A DNA stretch of 64,000 bases from an uncultured Gammaproteobacteria bacterium (lineage in GTDB: Bacteria > Patescibacteriota > Patescibacteriia > SBBC01 > CAIJZX01). The notes under the pieces are model-generated. The model worked only from the letters and a program-made list of their open reading frames with translations. It was not told the origin of the DNA and searched no databases. Where the stretch lies: contig CAYNGY010000001.1 of the NCBI GenBank assembly GCA_964397195.1, forward strand, positions 6,586 through 70,585, read 5' to 3'. The translations under genes and the position numbers were made by a program. Positions 47,649-56,305 of this stretch are shown here, piece by piece. Each line of letters starts with the position of its first letter. The stretch's first letter is position 1.

Positions 47649-47709
47649 AGGCAGGAAACGAACGGAGCGTTATTCCTTCGTGCGCACGAAGGCATGATAC
47701 AATACCACT

Positions 47710-47952
47710 ATGGCATTCTTCATCGGATTACTCGTCATCGCTGTCGGCGTCTTCATGATTATGAAGACGGAATGGATCGTCAGTTTTACTGGCCCGATTG
47801 ATTGGGCGGAGCAACACATGGGGACCGAAGGCGGGACGCGGATGTTTATTAAACTGCTCGGCGTCGTGATCATCATCGGTGCCTTCCTAGCCGCAACGGG
47901 GTTGCTCGGTGATTGGGTGCGGGCTATCTTCGCACCGGGATTACAAATATAG
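47710..47952 (+). CDS. Small two-TM membrane protein
   Basis: 80 aa with two hydrophobic helices. Located between tRNA genes. Confidence 0.35.
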   Translation: MAFFIGLLVIAVGVFMIMKTEWIVSFTGPIDWAEQHMGTEGGTRMFIKLLGVVIIIGAFLAATGLLGDWVRAIFAPGLQI

Positions 47953-48032
47953 AGATCGTCGGTCCGCAACTCCGAAGTTCCACGTTCGATCGCGCTTTTA
48001 CAAAATACAAACCGTGATTCTATATTTTTGAA

Positions 48033-48108
48033 GGGCTGTTAGCTCATTTGGTAGAGCGCCGCGTTTGCAACGCGGAGGTGACCGGTTCGAGCCCGGTACA
48101 GTCCACCA
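48033..48108 (+). tRNA. tRNA-Ala, anticodon UGC
   Basis: Acceptor gggctgt/acagtcc including a G3:U70 pair (the Ala identity element), anticodon stem ccgcg/cgcgg with loop ttTGCaa, T-arm accgg-ttcgagc-ccggt, CCA. Confidence 0.85.
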
Positions 48109-48265
48109 AAAGTATATAATTCATCGCCTTGATCGAGGTCTCGACGCTTCGGTATAGAAACATCGAGATCATTTGGGTCGAGGCAACAAGAAACAGCAAC
48201 TGCTTGCTGTTTCGCGGGCCGAGACGGGCACGACGATGTTCCGCAAGGAACCGTCGCGCCCCGGA

Positions 48266-48366
48266 AGAGCGCCGCGTTTGCAACGCGGAGGTGACTGGGT
48301 CGAGCGAAGCGAGACGGGTCGCCAGTGGCGACCCCGGCCCATAGGGCGAGCCCGGTAGGTCCACCA
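48266..48366 (+). pseudogene. Partial duplicate of tRNA-Ala(UGC) (D-arm 3' side to the 3' end) interrupted by a 52-nt hairpin insertion in the T-arm
   Basis: 30 nt are identical to 48054-48083 (agagcgccgcgtttgcaacgcggaggtgac). Then an insertion containing gggtcgcc-agt-ggcgaccc. Then agcccggtaggtccacca (1 mismatch). The 5' half of the tRNA is absent. Confidence 0.55.
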
Positions 48367-48487
48367 AACCGTAATCGACGCAAACTCACCTACACCTAAA
48401 ACAAGAACCGCTAATCCTAGCGGTTCGTGTGTGTTGGGTTTCGACGTGGCCCCCCCACTTTTTCAGTTGCCCCCGGGCAGGCCCGTC

Positions 48488-48838
48488 CTATTTTTCCTCC
48501 GCCACCCCAAGTTTCTTCATCACATCGCGGTTCAGATCCTCACGCCAGCTATCCTTGTATGATTTGGCGTTCCGTAGTAGTCCGTCCGCAAATGCGGCGA
48601 TATCCTTGCCGGTGATCTCGAGGACGCGTTTCCCGTCGGCCGCGCCCTCTTCAAAAAGACCGAGCAGTCCCTCGAGGACAACGATATTGTCCATGGCGTT
48701 CACCGCGGAAAACTTCCATGTATAAACCTTGATTTCATCGTAGACGATTTGGTAGTCGTTTGGCAGGGCGTGGGCGCGCGCTTCCATTTCACGCCAGGCT
48801 TTCTTATCGCCAATGATTTTCTTCAGAAAATTATTCAT
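48488..48838 (-). CDS. DUF1048-family protein (PadR-associated)
   Basis: 116 aa helical protein downstream of, and overlapping, a PadR regulator gene, which is the canonical PadR/DUF1048 pairing. Terminator at about 48395-48425. Confidence 0.55.
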   Translation of the reverse strand: MNNFLKKIIGDKKAWREMEARAHALPNDYQIVYDEIKVYTWKFSAVNAMDNIVVLEGLLGLFEEGAADGKRVLEITGKDIAAFADGLLRNAKSYKDSWREDLNRDVMKKLGVAEEK

Positions 48839-49166
48839 GCAATTTTTCCTTTATAAGATTCATTCGTGATGAGACAAACTTCCATTTTGCCCAAAAAGTT
48901 GTCAGCTCCTTGCGTCCCGCCTCGTTGAGGGTATAAAATTTGCGCGGCGGCCCCATTTCGGACGGTTTTTTCTCGATGTTGACGAGTCGATCGCCTTCGA
49001 GGCGCAGGAGAATGGTATACACCGTTCCCTCAACCACGTCGGTAAAACCGAGCTTGCGGAGGGACGAGGCTATCTCATAGCCGTACGTCTTCTTGTGGCT
49101 GATGATTTCAAGCACGCACCCTTCGAGCACGCCTTTTAACATCTCGGTCAGATTATCCACGGTCAT
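48831..49166 (-). CDS. PadR family transcriptional regulator
   Basis: Winged-helix motif GYEIASSLRKLGF...GTVYTILLRLEGDRLV. Confidence 0.8.
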   Translation of the reverse strand: MTVDNLTEMLKGVLEGCVLEIISHKKTYGYEIASSLRKLGFTDVVEGTVYTILLRLEGDRLVNIEKKPSEMGPPRKFYTLNEAGRKELTTFWAKWKFVSSRMNLIKEKLHE

Positions 49167-49286
49167 TCTCCTTTCTGCTTAGCGGTATCTAGTAGGTAGT
49201 AATACATACTACCAGTACATAGTATCAGAGAGTAGTAAAACTGTCAAGGGGGTATAAAACAGGGCTAGGATTACGTCATTTGAGCC

Positions 49287-49547
49287 TCAAAAATGACGCG
49301 TGGCGAATGCCCGGCCCGATCCCGACTTCAAATACTTCTCAAATCGTGCGGCAATAAATTTGTTCGGGAATACGCAATACCATTGTAGCCGGAATGGCCG
49401 GTGTGGTTTTGTTATAAGGGAAAGTCCCGCGTGGTGTTGTTCAAGTCTTCGACGGAGATGATGCGTTAGCCCAACATAATGAAAATCACCCGCGACACTT
49501 TCGAGAATATAAACGTAATACATAGCCGGTCTCATCGCCAGCCACAT
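49287..49547 (-). CDS. Small GIY-YIG nuclease family protein
   Basis: YYVYILESVAGDFHYVGLTHHLRRRLEQH matches the GIY-YIG core. Confidence 0.65.
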   Translation of the reverse strand: MWLAMRPAMYYVYILESVAGDFHYVGLTHHLRRRLEQHHAGLSLITKPHRPFRLQWYCVFPNKFIAARFEKYLKSGSGRAFATRHF

Positions 49548-49597
49548 TTCTAAGATAATCGTTTACACGCCAAAGTCAAGCCGAGCTTGACGGCGGC

Positions 49598-49673
49598 GTG
49601 GTGACCCGCGGTGGACTCGAACCACCAACCCATTGCTTAAGAGGCAATTGCTCTACCATTGAGCTAGCGGGCC
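49598..49673 (-). tRNA. tRNA-Lys, anticodon CUU
   Basis: On the minus strand: acceptor ggcccgc/gcgggtc, anticodon stem attgc/gcaat with loop ctCTTaa, T-arm ggtgg-ttcgagt-ccacc, CCA. Confidence 0.8.
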
Positions 49674-49719
49674 ACGAACTGAGGATGAATGCCTCGTCAT
49701 TTGAGGCGACAACCCCGCC

Positions 49720-49794
49720 TGGTGCCTGGGATCAGAATCGAACTGATGACGCCAGCCTCTTCAGGGCTGCGCTCTACCACTGAGCTACCCAGGC
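49720..49794 (-). tRNA. tRNA-Phe, anticodon GAA
   Basis: On the minus strand: acceptor gcctggg/cccaggc, anticodon stem cagcc/ggctg with loop ctGAAga, T-arm atcag-ttcgatt-ctgat, CCA. Confidence 0.8.
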
Positions 49795-50034
49795 CCCAGG
49801 CGGGGCTACAAGACACCGGTGTGTCTTATGAAACGTTTGATTGTAAAAGATGGGCGGTGGCCTGTTGAACGATGATCGTGCTCACCAGTGAGTAATTCTT
49901 CCAAAGGCCACCGGTACGGAAAGCCCTCGCAGAATAGCCGAAAAACGGTTTTCAGGCAAGAGCCGTAAGGAAATAAAAGGCCCCGCAACGACCGAAGAGG
50001 TCGAGGCAGGGTTTTGGGCGGTGAGGACACCGCT

Positions 50035-50559
50035 TCATGGTGCTGGCGAGCGCGAGGCGCTTTGATACGTTCGGTTCTCGAGCACGAGTGGGTGCGTCGT
50101 GGCCACGCGTCCCGAAGGGTCGAGGGCGGTGATCAGACGCTGCTGATGATCGATCCCGCGAATGGTGAAGCTGTTCGGGACGATCTCGCCCGCCTCGTTC
50201 AGCGCTTCCGATATCAGAACGGTCGCGCGAGCGTAGCGCTTGGCGGCGACGAGCGTGTCCACCAGGGTGGCCGGGCAATAGTCGATGGGTACGGGGTCGC
50301 GACGCCGCCACGGATTCCGCGCGGTCTCGGGCATCAAGAATCCGAAGTTGCCCCAGTACAGCGAGTACTTTCCGCCATGCCACTCGGCATATCGCTCACA
50401 GGCGGCCCGGGCGAACTCCATGTTCGCGCGCGTCTGTGCGTCGCGGGCGAGGCTCTGACTCCGAACGAAGTTCGGAATGGCCATAGCGGCGAGACCGCTT
50501 ACGACCATCAGTACAACCATCAGCTCCTTGAGGGTCATGCCAGATTCGGAAGTGCGCAT
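50035..50559 (-). CDS. Type IV pilin or pseudopilin-like protein (prepilin N-terminal methylation motif)
   Basis: GMTLKELMVVLMVVSGLAAMAIP has the conserved Glu at +5 and the hydrophobic helix. Start MRTSESG at 50559. Confidence 0.6.
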   Translation of the reverse strand: MRTSESGMTLKELMVVLMVVSGLAAMAIPNFVRSQSLARDAQTRANMEFARAACERYAEWHGGKYSLYWGNFGFLMPETARNPWRRRDPVPIDYCPATLVDTLVAAKRYARATVLISEALNEAGEIVPNSFTIRGIDHQQRLITALDPSGRVATTHPLVLENRTYQSASRSPAP

Positions 50560-50723
50560 CGAATAGCTCTCCTCGTAGGTGATGACGCGCGAGCGCCGGC
50601 GGGAATAGGGCAATCAGTTTCAGTCGTCGATACTCTCTACTTTTTTGGTGCGACTGTCAAGACAACCTTCCCTTTCGTTAAGGGCATGTAAAATTTCGAC
50701 TTTTTCAGTCACCCCAGTCACTA

Positions 50724-51101
50724 CTAACCCAAACGGCTGATACAGAGAGCTAATGCCGCGGCTATCAAAAAAAGTCCGGCCCGGACAATCCGCCACCGGC
50801 CGCGATTGAGCGTCCGAAAGTGACATGGGACCGGAATGAACCCCACCATCGCCAAGGCAAATGATCCGCCGGCTAGATCAAGTCGTTTCCAGCCGTCGCT
50901 GAGTAGGGAGATGCCGGTGCTGATATAGCCGAGCGTAATTGCCGTCCAACAGGCGAAACGCCATCCACGACGCCATGACCATCGCCCGCCGGCCCGAGTC
51001 TTGGCCATCCGCCACCAGTTGCGCGGGATGAACCAAATCCCAAACCCAAGCACAATCAGTCCGAGGAACCGCGGGACGATCGACGTCCAGAGCGTGTTCA
51101 T
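50724..51101 (-). CDS. Hypothetical Trp/Arg-rich membrane protein
   Basis: 125 aa with 3-4 TM helices. No family recognised. Confidence 0.4.
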   Translation of the reverse strand: MNTLWTSIVPRFLGLIVLGFGIWFIPRNWWRMAKTRAGGRWSWRRGWRFACWTAITLGYISTGISLLSDGWKRLDLAGGSFALAMVGFIPVPCHFRTLNRGRWRIVRAGLFLIAAALALCISRLG

Positions 51102-51221
51102 GGTCGACCCTCGAGGTGATGGCGAGATAGACGCATCATGTTCTTAACGGTAGCAATTGCCAGACCAAATCGTCAATAAACCAAAAACGCTCCCGGTGGA
51201 GCGTTTAAGATATTTGGACTA

Positions 51222-51506
51222 TTACATCCCGAGTTTGAGCGCGTCCTTCAAAGACTTCCCGGCTTTGAATTTTGGCACCGTCACCGCTGGGATCTGAATC
51301 TTTTCTCCTGGCTTCTGTGGGTTGACGCCCATGCGCGCTTCGCGGCGCTTAGCCATGAATGTCCCGAAACCGGTCAGGGTGACTTCGCCGCCCTCTTTCA
51401 GAGTAGTGGTGACCACTTCCTCATAGGCGTTGAGCATGTCTTCGGCTTGTTTCTTCGTGACGCCGATTTTTTCGGCGATCTTATCTGCGAGTTCTACTTT
51501 GTTCAT
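51222..51506 (-). CDS. hup: DNA-binding protein HU
   Basis: MNKVELADKIAEK...GFGTF...R.ARMGVNPQ.PGE.IQIPA matches HU. SD gagggggtga. 94 aa. Confidence 0.85.
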   Translation of the reverse strand: MNKVELADKIAEKIGVTKKQAEDMLNAYEEVVTTTLKEGGEVTLTGFGTFMAKRREARMGVNPQKPGEKIQIPAVTVPKFKAGKSLKDALKLGM

Positions 51507-51543
51507 ATGCTCACCCCCTCTCGATGTTGATCGTGATAATGAA

Positions 51544-52356
51544 TTAAACTTCAACCTGTCGTTGGATGCGTGCGATGCGCGTTGTTCGGCCATTGGCGAC
51601 CTCGAGTGCGACGGCGTTGAAGTCGACGAGGCCATGATCCGGGATCTCCCATGCGCCACCAGTTCCGGTTAGAAACTTTGCCAGCGGCTTGTGCCAGTCG
51701 ACCCCGAGCGATGAATCGCGGAGACCGACCATCCCGGCATCGGTAATGTATCCGGTCCCGTTCGGGAGAATGCGTTCATCGGCGGTCGGGATATGGGTAT
51801 GCGTGCCGATGACGGCGGTGACTTTACCGTCGAGGAGCCAACCCATGCCGACTTTCTCGCTGGTGATTTCCGCATGGAAATCGACAATCGTTGCGTCCGC
51901 GGTCGGCAACCCTTCGTTCAGGAGATTCTCCATCATCGGGAACGGATTGATCATCGGTTCCTGTTCAGCCCGATCGATGGTTGAATAGTGCATCCCTAAT
52001 TCGCCCAGCAAGTTTATCACGGTTATCCGTTTTTGGCTAACCGTAAAGGTTTTTATGCCTTGACCGGGATACTCGATCGGCAAATTGTACGGACGAACGA
52101 GCGGGTTCGACGGGTCGCGGTAGATCTCCGCCGCCTCCGGTTTGGCGAAGGTATGGTTCCCGCCGGTACCAATATCGACGCCGGCCGCCAGAATTTCTTG
52201 CAAGGTCGATCGGCTCATGCTTTTGCCGTGGGCGAGGTTCTCACAGTTGGCAATCACCACATCAATCGCAAACTCTTTCCGCAACTCCGGCAGGAGTTTT
52301 GTTACGGCCTTACGACCGGGCTTCCCGACGATATCGCTGATAAAGAGAATGACCAT
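51544..52356 (-). CDS. ymdB: YmdB-like metallophosphoesterase (TIGR00282 family)
   Basis: MVILFISDIVGKPGRKAV...GNHT fingerprint. Confidence 0.8.
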   Translation of the reverse strand: MVILFISDIVGKPGRKAVTKLLPELRKEFAIDVVIANCENLAHGKSMSRSTLQEILAAGVDIGTGGNHTFAKPEAAEIYRDPSNPLVRPYNLPIEYPGQGIKTFTVSQKRITVINLLGELGMHYSTIDRAEQEPMINPFPMMENLLNEGLPTADATIVDFHAEITSEKVGMGWLLDGKVTAVIGTHTHIPTADERILPNGTGYITDAGMVGLRDSSLGVDWHKPLAKFLTGTGGAWEIPDHGLVDFNAVALEVANGRTTRIARIQRQVEV

Positions 52357-52365
52357 GGTGATGCC

Positions 52366-53895
52366 TTAGCGCGCGTATTCAATAATGCGCTTTTCGCGGA
52401 CAACCGTGACTTTAATTTCACCCGGATATTGGAGTTCGGTCTCGATTTTCTTGGCCATGTCGGCCGCGAGTTTCGTGGCGCTATAGTCGTCGATTTCTTC
52501 CGGTCGAACAAAGACACGGATTTCACGGCCAGCCTGAATGGCGAAAGCGCGATCAATGCCCGGGAACGACTTGGCGAGTGTTTCGAGCTCTTCTAAGCGC
52601 TGGACATAGTTTTCGTACGTCCCTTTGCGGGCACCCGGACGAGCACCGGACAATGCATCCGCCACTTTGACCAGGGCCGCTTCAAGCGTCTTCGGGTGTT
52701 CTTCATGATGGCCGAGGGCGTTATAGGCCACTTCTTCCGGGAGGTTGTACTTCTTCATGATCTCGTACCCGATTTGCGGGTGACCGCCTTGGACTTCGTG
52801 GTCGAGAGCCTTCCCGATGTCATGCAAGAGACCGCCCTTCTTACACACGGCGACGTTCGCGCCGAGTTCTTCGGCCAGGAGTCCGGCCAGGAGTCCGACT
52901 TCAACGCTGTGGCGCAGTTGGTTCTGCCCGTAACTCGTGCGGTATTTCAGTCGGCCTAAGATTTGCACCAACCGCGGATCGAGTCCGGCGACACCAACTT
53001 CATACGCCGCTTCTTCACCGGCCTTTTTCATGTCGGTCGCCATTTCTTTTTTGACCTGCTCAACCGTATCTTCGATGCGGCCGGGGTGGATGCGTCCATC
53101 GGACATCAGTTTCTCGAGCACGCGTTTGGCGAGGTGGCGACGGATACCGTTGAATCCGGAAATCACAATTGACTCCGGCGTATCATCAACGACAATTTCA
53201 ATACCGGTTAAGGCCTCAAGCGCTTTAATGTTCCGGCCTTCTTTCCCGATGATCCGGCCTTTCATTTCTTCATTCGGCAAATCGACAATTGTCGTCGAGC
53301 TTTCGGTCGACTGAGACGAGGCCACGCGTTGCATGGCGGTAGCAATGATATTCTTGGCTTCACGTTCAACTTCATCATCAGCCACGGCCTGAACCTTCCG
53401 GACTCGGGCCAAGAGCTCGTCTTTCATGCGCAATTCCGTGTTGTCGACGAGGATACGTTTCGCATCTTCGGCGCTCAATTCGGCAATCCGCTCAAGTTTT
53501 GCCATCTGCTCCTCACGGATTTTCGCGACTTCAACTTTCGTCGCCTCGAGCTGGGTGGCGCGCGTCTCGGCTTCTTGTTTCTGCTTTTCGAGGTCGATCA
53601 GTTTCTGATCAAACATCGCCTCGCGTTTCTCGAGACGTTCTTGAACATGCTGAACTTCGCGGCGGCGCGCCTCTTCCTCTTTTTTCGCTTCGTCGAGAAT
53701 CCGAATCGCCTGATCCTTGGCTTTGATCAGGAGTTCTCGTTCTTTCGACTTGGCCTCATCGACGATGGTCTGGGCTTTCGCCTCGGCCGACTGCGCCTCA
53801 CGAACGGCCCATGTCCGACGAAGAAAGTACCCGGCGATGATTCCGCCCGGAATTCCCACGAGTGCAATTAAGGCCCAAAGTGTTGCTGGTGACAT
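52366..53895 (-). CDS. rny: Ribonuclease Y
   Basis: N-terminal TM, coiled-coil, KH domain IIGKEGRNIKALEALTGIEIVVDD, HD domain with LHDIGKA. Confidence 0.85.
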   Translation of the reverse strand: MSPATLWALIALVGIPGGIIAGYFLRRTWAVREAQSAEAKAQTIVDEAKSKERELLIKAKDQAIRILDEAKKEEEARRREVQHVQERLEKREAMFDQKLIDLEKQKQEAETRATQLEATKVEVAKIREEQMAKLERIAELSAEDAKRILVDNTELRMKDELLARVRKVQAVADDEVEREAKNIIATAMQRVASSQSTESSTTIVDLPNEEMKGRIIGKEGRNIKALEALTGIEIVVDDTPESIVISGFNGIRRHLAKRVLEKLMSDGRIHPGRIEDTVEQVKKEMATDMKKAGEEAAYEVGVAGLDPRLVQILGRLKYRTSYGQNQLRHSVEVGLLAGLLAEELGANVAVCKKGGLLHDIGKALDHEVQGGHPQIGYEIMKKYNLPEEVAYNALGHHEEHPKTLEAALVKVADALSGARPGARKGTYENYVQRLEELETLAKSFPGIDRAFAIQAGREIRVFVRPEEIDDYSATKLAADMAKKIETELQYPGEIKVTVVREKRIIEYAR

Positions 53896-54158
53896 ACTGC
53901 AAAGACTCCAATCCGACCATTCGGCTGGAAACAGAGCCGCGCAAAAGCGATCGTGGTGACACGAGGGCGATACGAGATGCGGTCTGCAGCGTCATGCGAA
54001 TAAAGTCGGAGAAATGAATGATTGACGCTGATGAGGCTATCACGAAAGGCGCTTTTTTGCAAGAGTTAGCGGAAAATCGGCCTTTTTCCCTCTATCTTCT
54101 GACTGAGAAAAACTGAAGCCCTCGACCGTGACCGGCCGAGGGCTGGATGAGAATGGTG

Positions 54159-54761
54159 TTACTTCTTGGTAATTACCGAATCGATCAGGCCGTACTTCTT
54201 TGCATCCAACGGGTCAAAGTAGAAGTCGCGGTCGGTGTCACGCTCGATGGTTTTGAGCGGTTGCCCGGTATGCTTGGCGAGGATTTGATTTAAGCGGTCA
54301 CGAATCTTGAGGATGTGTTCAGCCCGAATCTTAATGTCCGAGGCCTGACCTTCGGCACCGCCCATCACTTGGTGAATCATGATTTCCGCATTCGGCAGGG
54401 CGAATCGTTTCCCCTTCGCGCCCGCGGCGAGTAAAATCGCGGCCATCGACGCGGCCATGCCAACACAAATAGTCTGGACCGCCGGTTTGACGTACTGCAT
54501 GGTGTCGTAGATGGCAAGTCCAGCGGTTACCGATCCGCCCGGGGAGTTGATATAAATCTTGATATCTTTCTTCTCGTCTTCGCTAGCGAGGAACAGAAGC
54601 TGGGCGATAATGATATTCGCCATGTGATCGTCAATCGCATCGCCGATAAAGATAACCCGATCCTTCAAAAGGCGGGAATAGATATCGAAGGCGCGCTCGC
54701 CGTACGATGTCTTTTCAATGACGGTTGGGATGAGGAATTGATCGTGAGGGGCTTTGTTCAT
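54159..54761 (-). CDS. clpP: ATP-dependent Clp protease proteolytic subunit
   Basis: [23 protein letters not shown] (active-site Ser) and the His/Asp region. Start [17 protein letters not shown]. Confidence 0.85.
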   Translation of the reverse strand: MNKAPHDQFLIPTVIEKTSYGERAFDIYSRLLKDRVIFIGDAIDDHMANIIIAQLLFLASEDEKKDIKIYINSPGGSVTAGLAIYDTMQYVKPAVQTICVGMAASMAAILLAAGAKGKRFALPNAEIMIHQVMGGAEGQASDIKIRAEHILKIRDRLNQILAKHTGQPLKTIERDTDRDFYFDPLDAKKYGLIDSVITKK

Positions 54762-54795
54762 ATGAGGCGAGGGTAACAAAAAAAGAGTTGTTTGC

Positions 54796-55842
54796 CTAGA
54801 TGGTTGATTCAGAGTTTTTCTCCACCTGCCACCCGAGACCCGTTTCCACGAGTTTTCCTTTGACCCGGAATCCAGCCGCCTTCGCATGACCGCCGCCACC
54901 AAACTTCTTGGCCATGTCGGCGACGTTGACCTCCGATGTGGTACGGAAACTTCCTTTGACGAATCCGCCGACATCTTCTTTCAAGACGAGCGCAATTTTC
55001 CCTTCCGACAGTGTATTCATAAAATTCGCAATCCCTTCGGCCGCATCATCGGTCACGCCGCATTCTTCGTAATCCTTGAGGGTGATAACAGTTGAAACAA
55101 CGCCTGAGTGTTGGTTGTAGGCGATGCGAGATAACGCCCGGCCCCAGAGCTTAAGGGTCCCGAGCGATTTGTTCCGCATCGTCGCGGTCGTAATCGTGCG
55201 GTGATCTGCGCCCCGGGCCATGAGTGTCGCGGCCGCGGCAATAACGCGTTCGGTGGTGTTCGGGTGCGCGAAATGGCCGGTGTCGGTCAGGATGCCGGTC
55301 AGCAGGGCCGTCGCGGTCGGCGCTTGGATTGGCCAGTGTAGCTCCGCGCAAATATGGGTAATCATTTCCGTCGTCGAGGCCGCCGCCGTGTCGACAATGT
55401 TGAGGTCAACAATCGACGAGCCTTGGTGTGTTGTGGTCGTGGGGTGGTGGTCGATATTAATGACGAACGTCTTTTCCGGGTCGCGCTTCGCGAGCTCTTC
55501 GACGAGCGGTGTCCGTCGCACATCGCCAGTGTCAAACAGAATGACGATCGAAAACTCGTGGACCGAATCATCGAGTTCACGCATGACGTGGCGTCGTTTG
55601 GTCAAATACTCAAACATCGCCGGAACATCTTCCGGAACATAGGCAAACCACGACTTCTGGTGATGGTCAAGCAGGTGCCCGAGCGCAACAAGTGATCCGA
55701 GGCTGTCACCATCGACACCAGTGGTATTGGTCAGCAAGATGCGTCCCGGACGCTCGAGGGCGCGCTGTAATTGTTGGGCGAATTGGTGGTAAGAAGTCAT
55801 AGAATAACGGCTGAACCTACCAAAATCCGACCGGCGTGTCAA
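54796..55842 (-). CDS. nrnA: DHH/DHHA1 phosphoesterase (NrnA-like oligoribonuclease/pAp phosphatase)
   Basis: DHH motif NIDHHPT and DHHA1 motif [10 protein letters not shown]. Confidence 0.75.
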   Translation of the reverse strand: MTRRSDFGRFSRYSMTSYHQFAQQLQRALERPGRILLTNTTGVDGDSLGSLVALGHLLDHHQKSWFAYVPEDVPAMFEYLTKRRHVMRELDDSVHEFSIVILFDTGDVRRTPLVEELAKRDPEKTFVINIDHHPTTTTHQGSSIVDLNIVDTAAASTTEMITHICAELHWPIQAPTATALLTGILTDTGHFAHPNTTERVIAAAATLMARGADHRTITTATMRNKSLGTLKLWGRALSRIAYNQHSGVVSTVITLKDYEECGVTDDAAEGIANFMNTLSEGKIALVLKEDVGGFVKGSFRTTSEVNVADMAKKFGGGGHAKAAGFRVKGKLVETGLGWQVEKNSESTI

Positions 55843-55865
55843 GCGGCCGTGCGTGACTCATCAGA

Positions 55866-56291
55866 CTAGACTACCTGTTCCGGCGGCAGCAGGCCGTTTT
55901 TCGGGACTGGGGTGAGGGTCGGATCCTGGGCGACAGCGTCGAGGAGGGCGTTCAATGAGGCGACGGATTCCTCGGTGTGATCAAGAGCAAAGATGAGCTT
56001 TGGAACGAACTTCATGTGCAGGCGCTTATTGAGGATGCTTTGCAAGTGGGCGATGCGTTTATTGACCAGTTCAAAAGCCGCTTGGCTCTGTTCGTCAGGA
56101 AAAATCGACAACAACACGCGGGCGCTTTCGGCGTCTGGGGCGACTTCGGCGCGACTGACGGTCAAAAAGACGCCGTCCGGAAGTTCAATCTCTTTTAGGA
56201 TGAGCTCCGCGACCTCGCGTTGGATCAAGACGTTAAGCTGCTGAATACGCTGGCTCGGACCGTCGGTGGATTGAGGGGTGTTCTCGCTCAT
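55866..56291 (-). CDS. rbfA: Ribosome-binding factor A
   Basis: KH-like RbfA core (RIQQLNVLIQREVAELI...VFLTVSRAEVAPD..ARVLLS). Located just downstream of infB. Confidence 0.7.
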   Translation of the reverse strand: MSENTPQSTDGPSQRIQQLNVLIQREVAELILKEIELPDGVFLTVSRAEVAPDAESARVLLSIFPDEQSQAAFELVNKRIAHLQSILNKRLHMKFVPKLIFALDHTEESVASLNALLDAVAQDPTLTPVPKNGLLPPEQVV

Positions 56292-56305
56292 GGGTGTCAG
56301 GAAAA

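Noticed and set aside
48039-48389. 116-aa minus-strand ORF across the tRNA-Ala region
   Set aside because: It simply translates the two tRNA-Ala copies (duplicate GHLRVANAAL).
50014-50691. 225-aa plus-strand ORF
   Set aside because: Antisense to the pilin-like gene, which has the conserved prepilin motif. Composition is non-protein-like.
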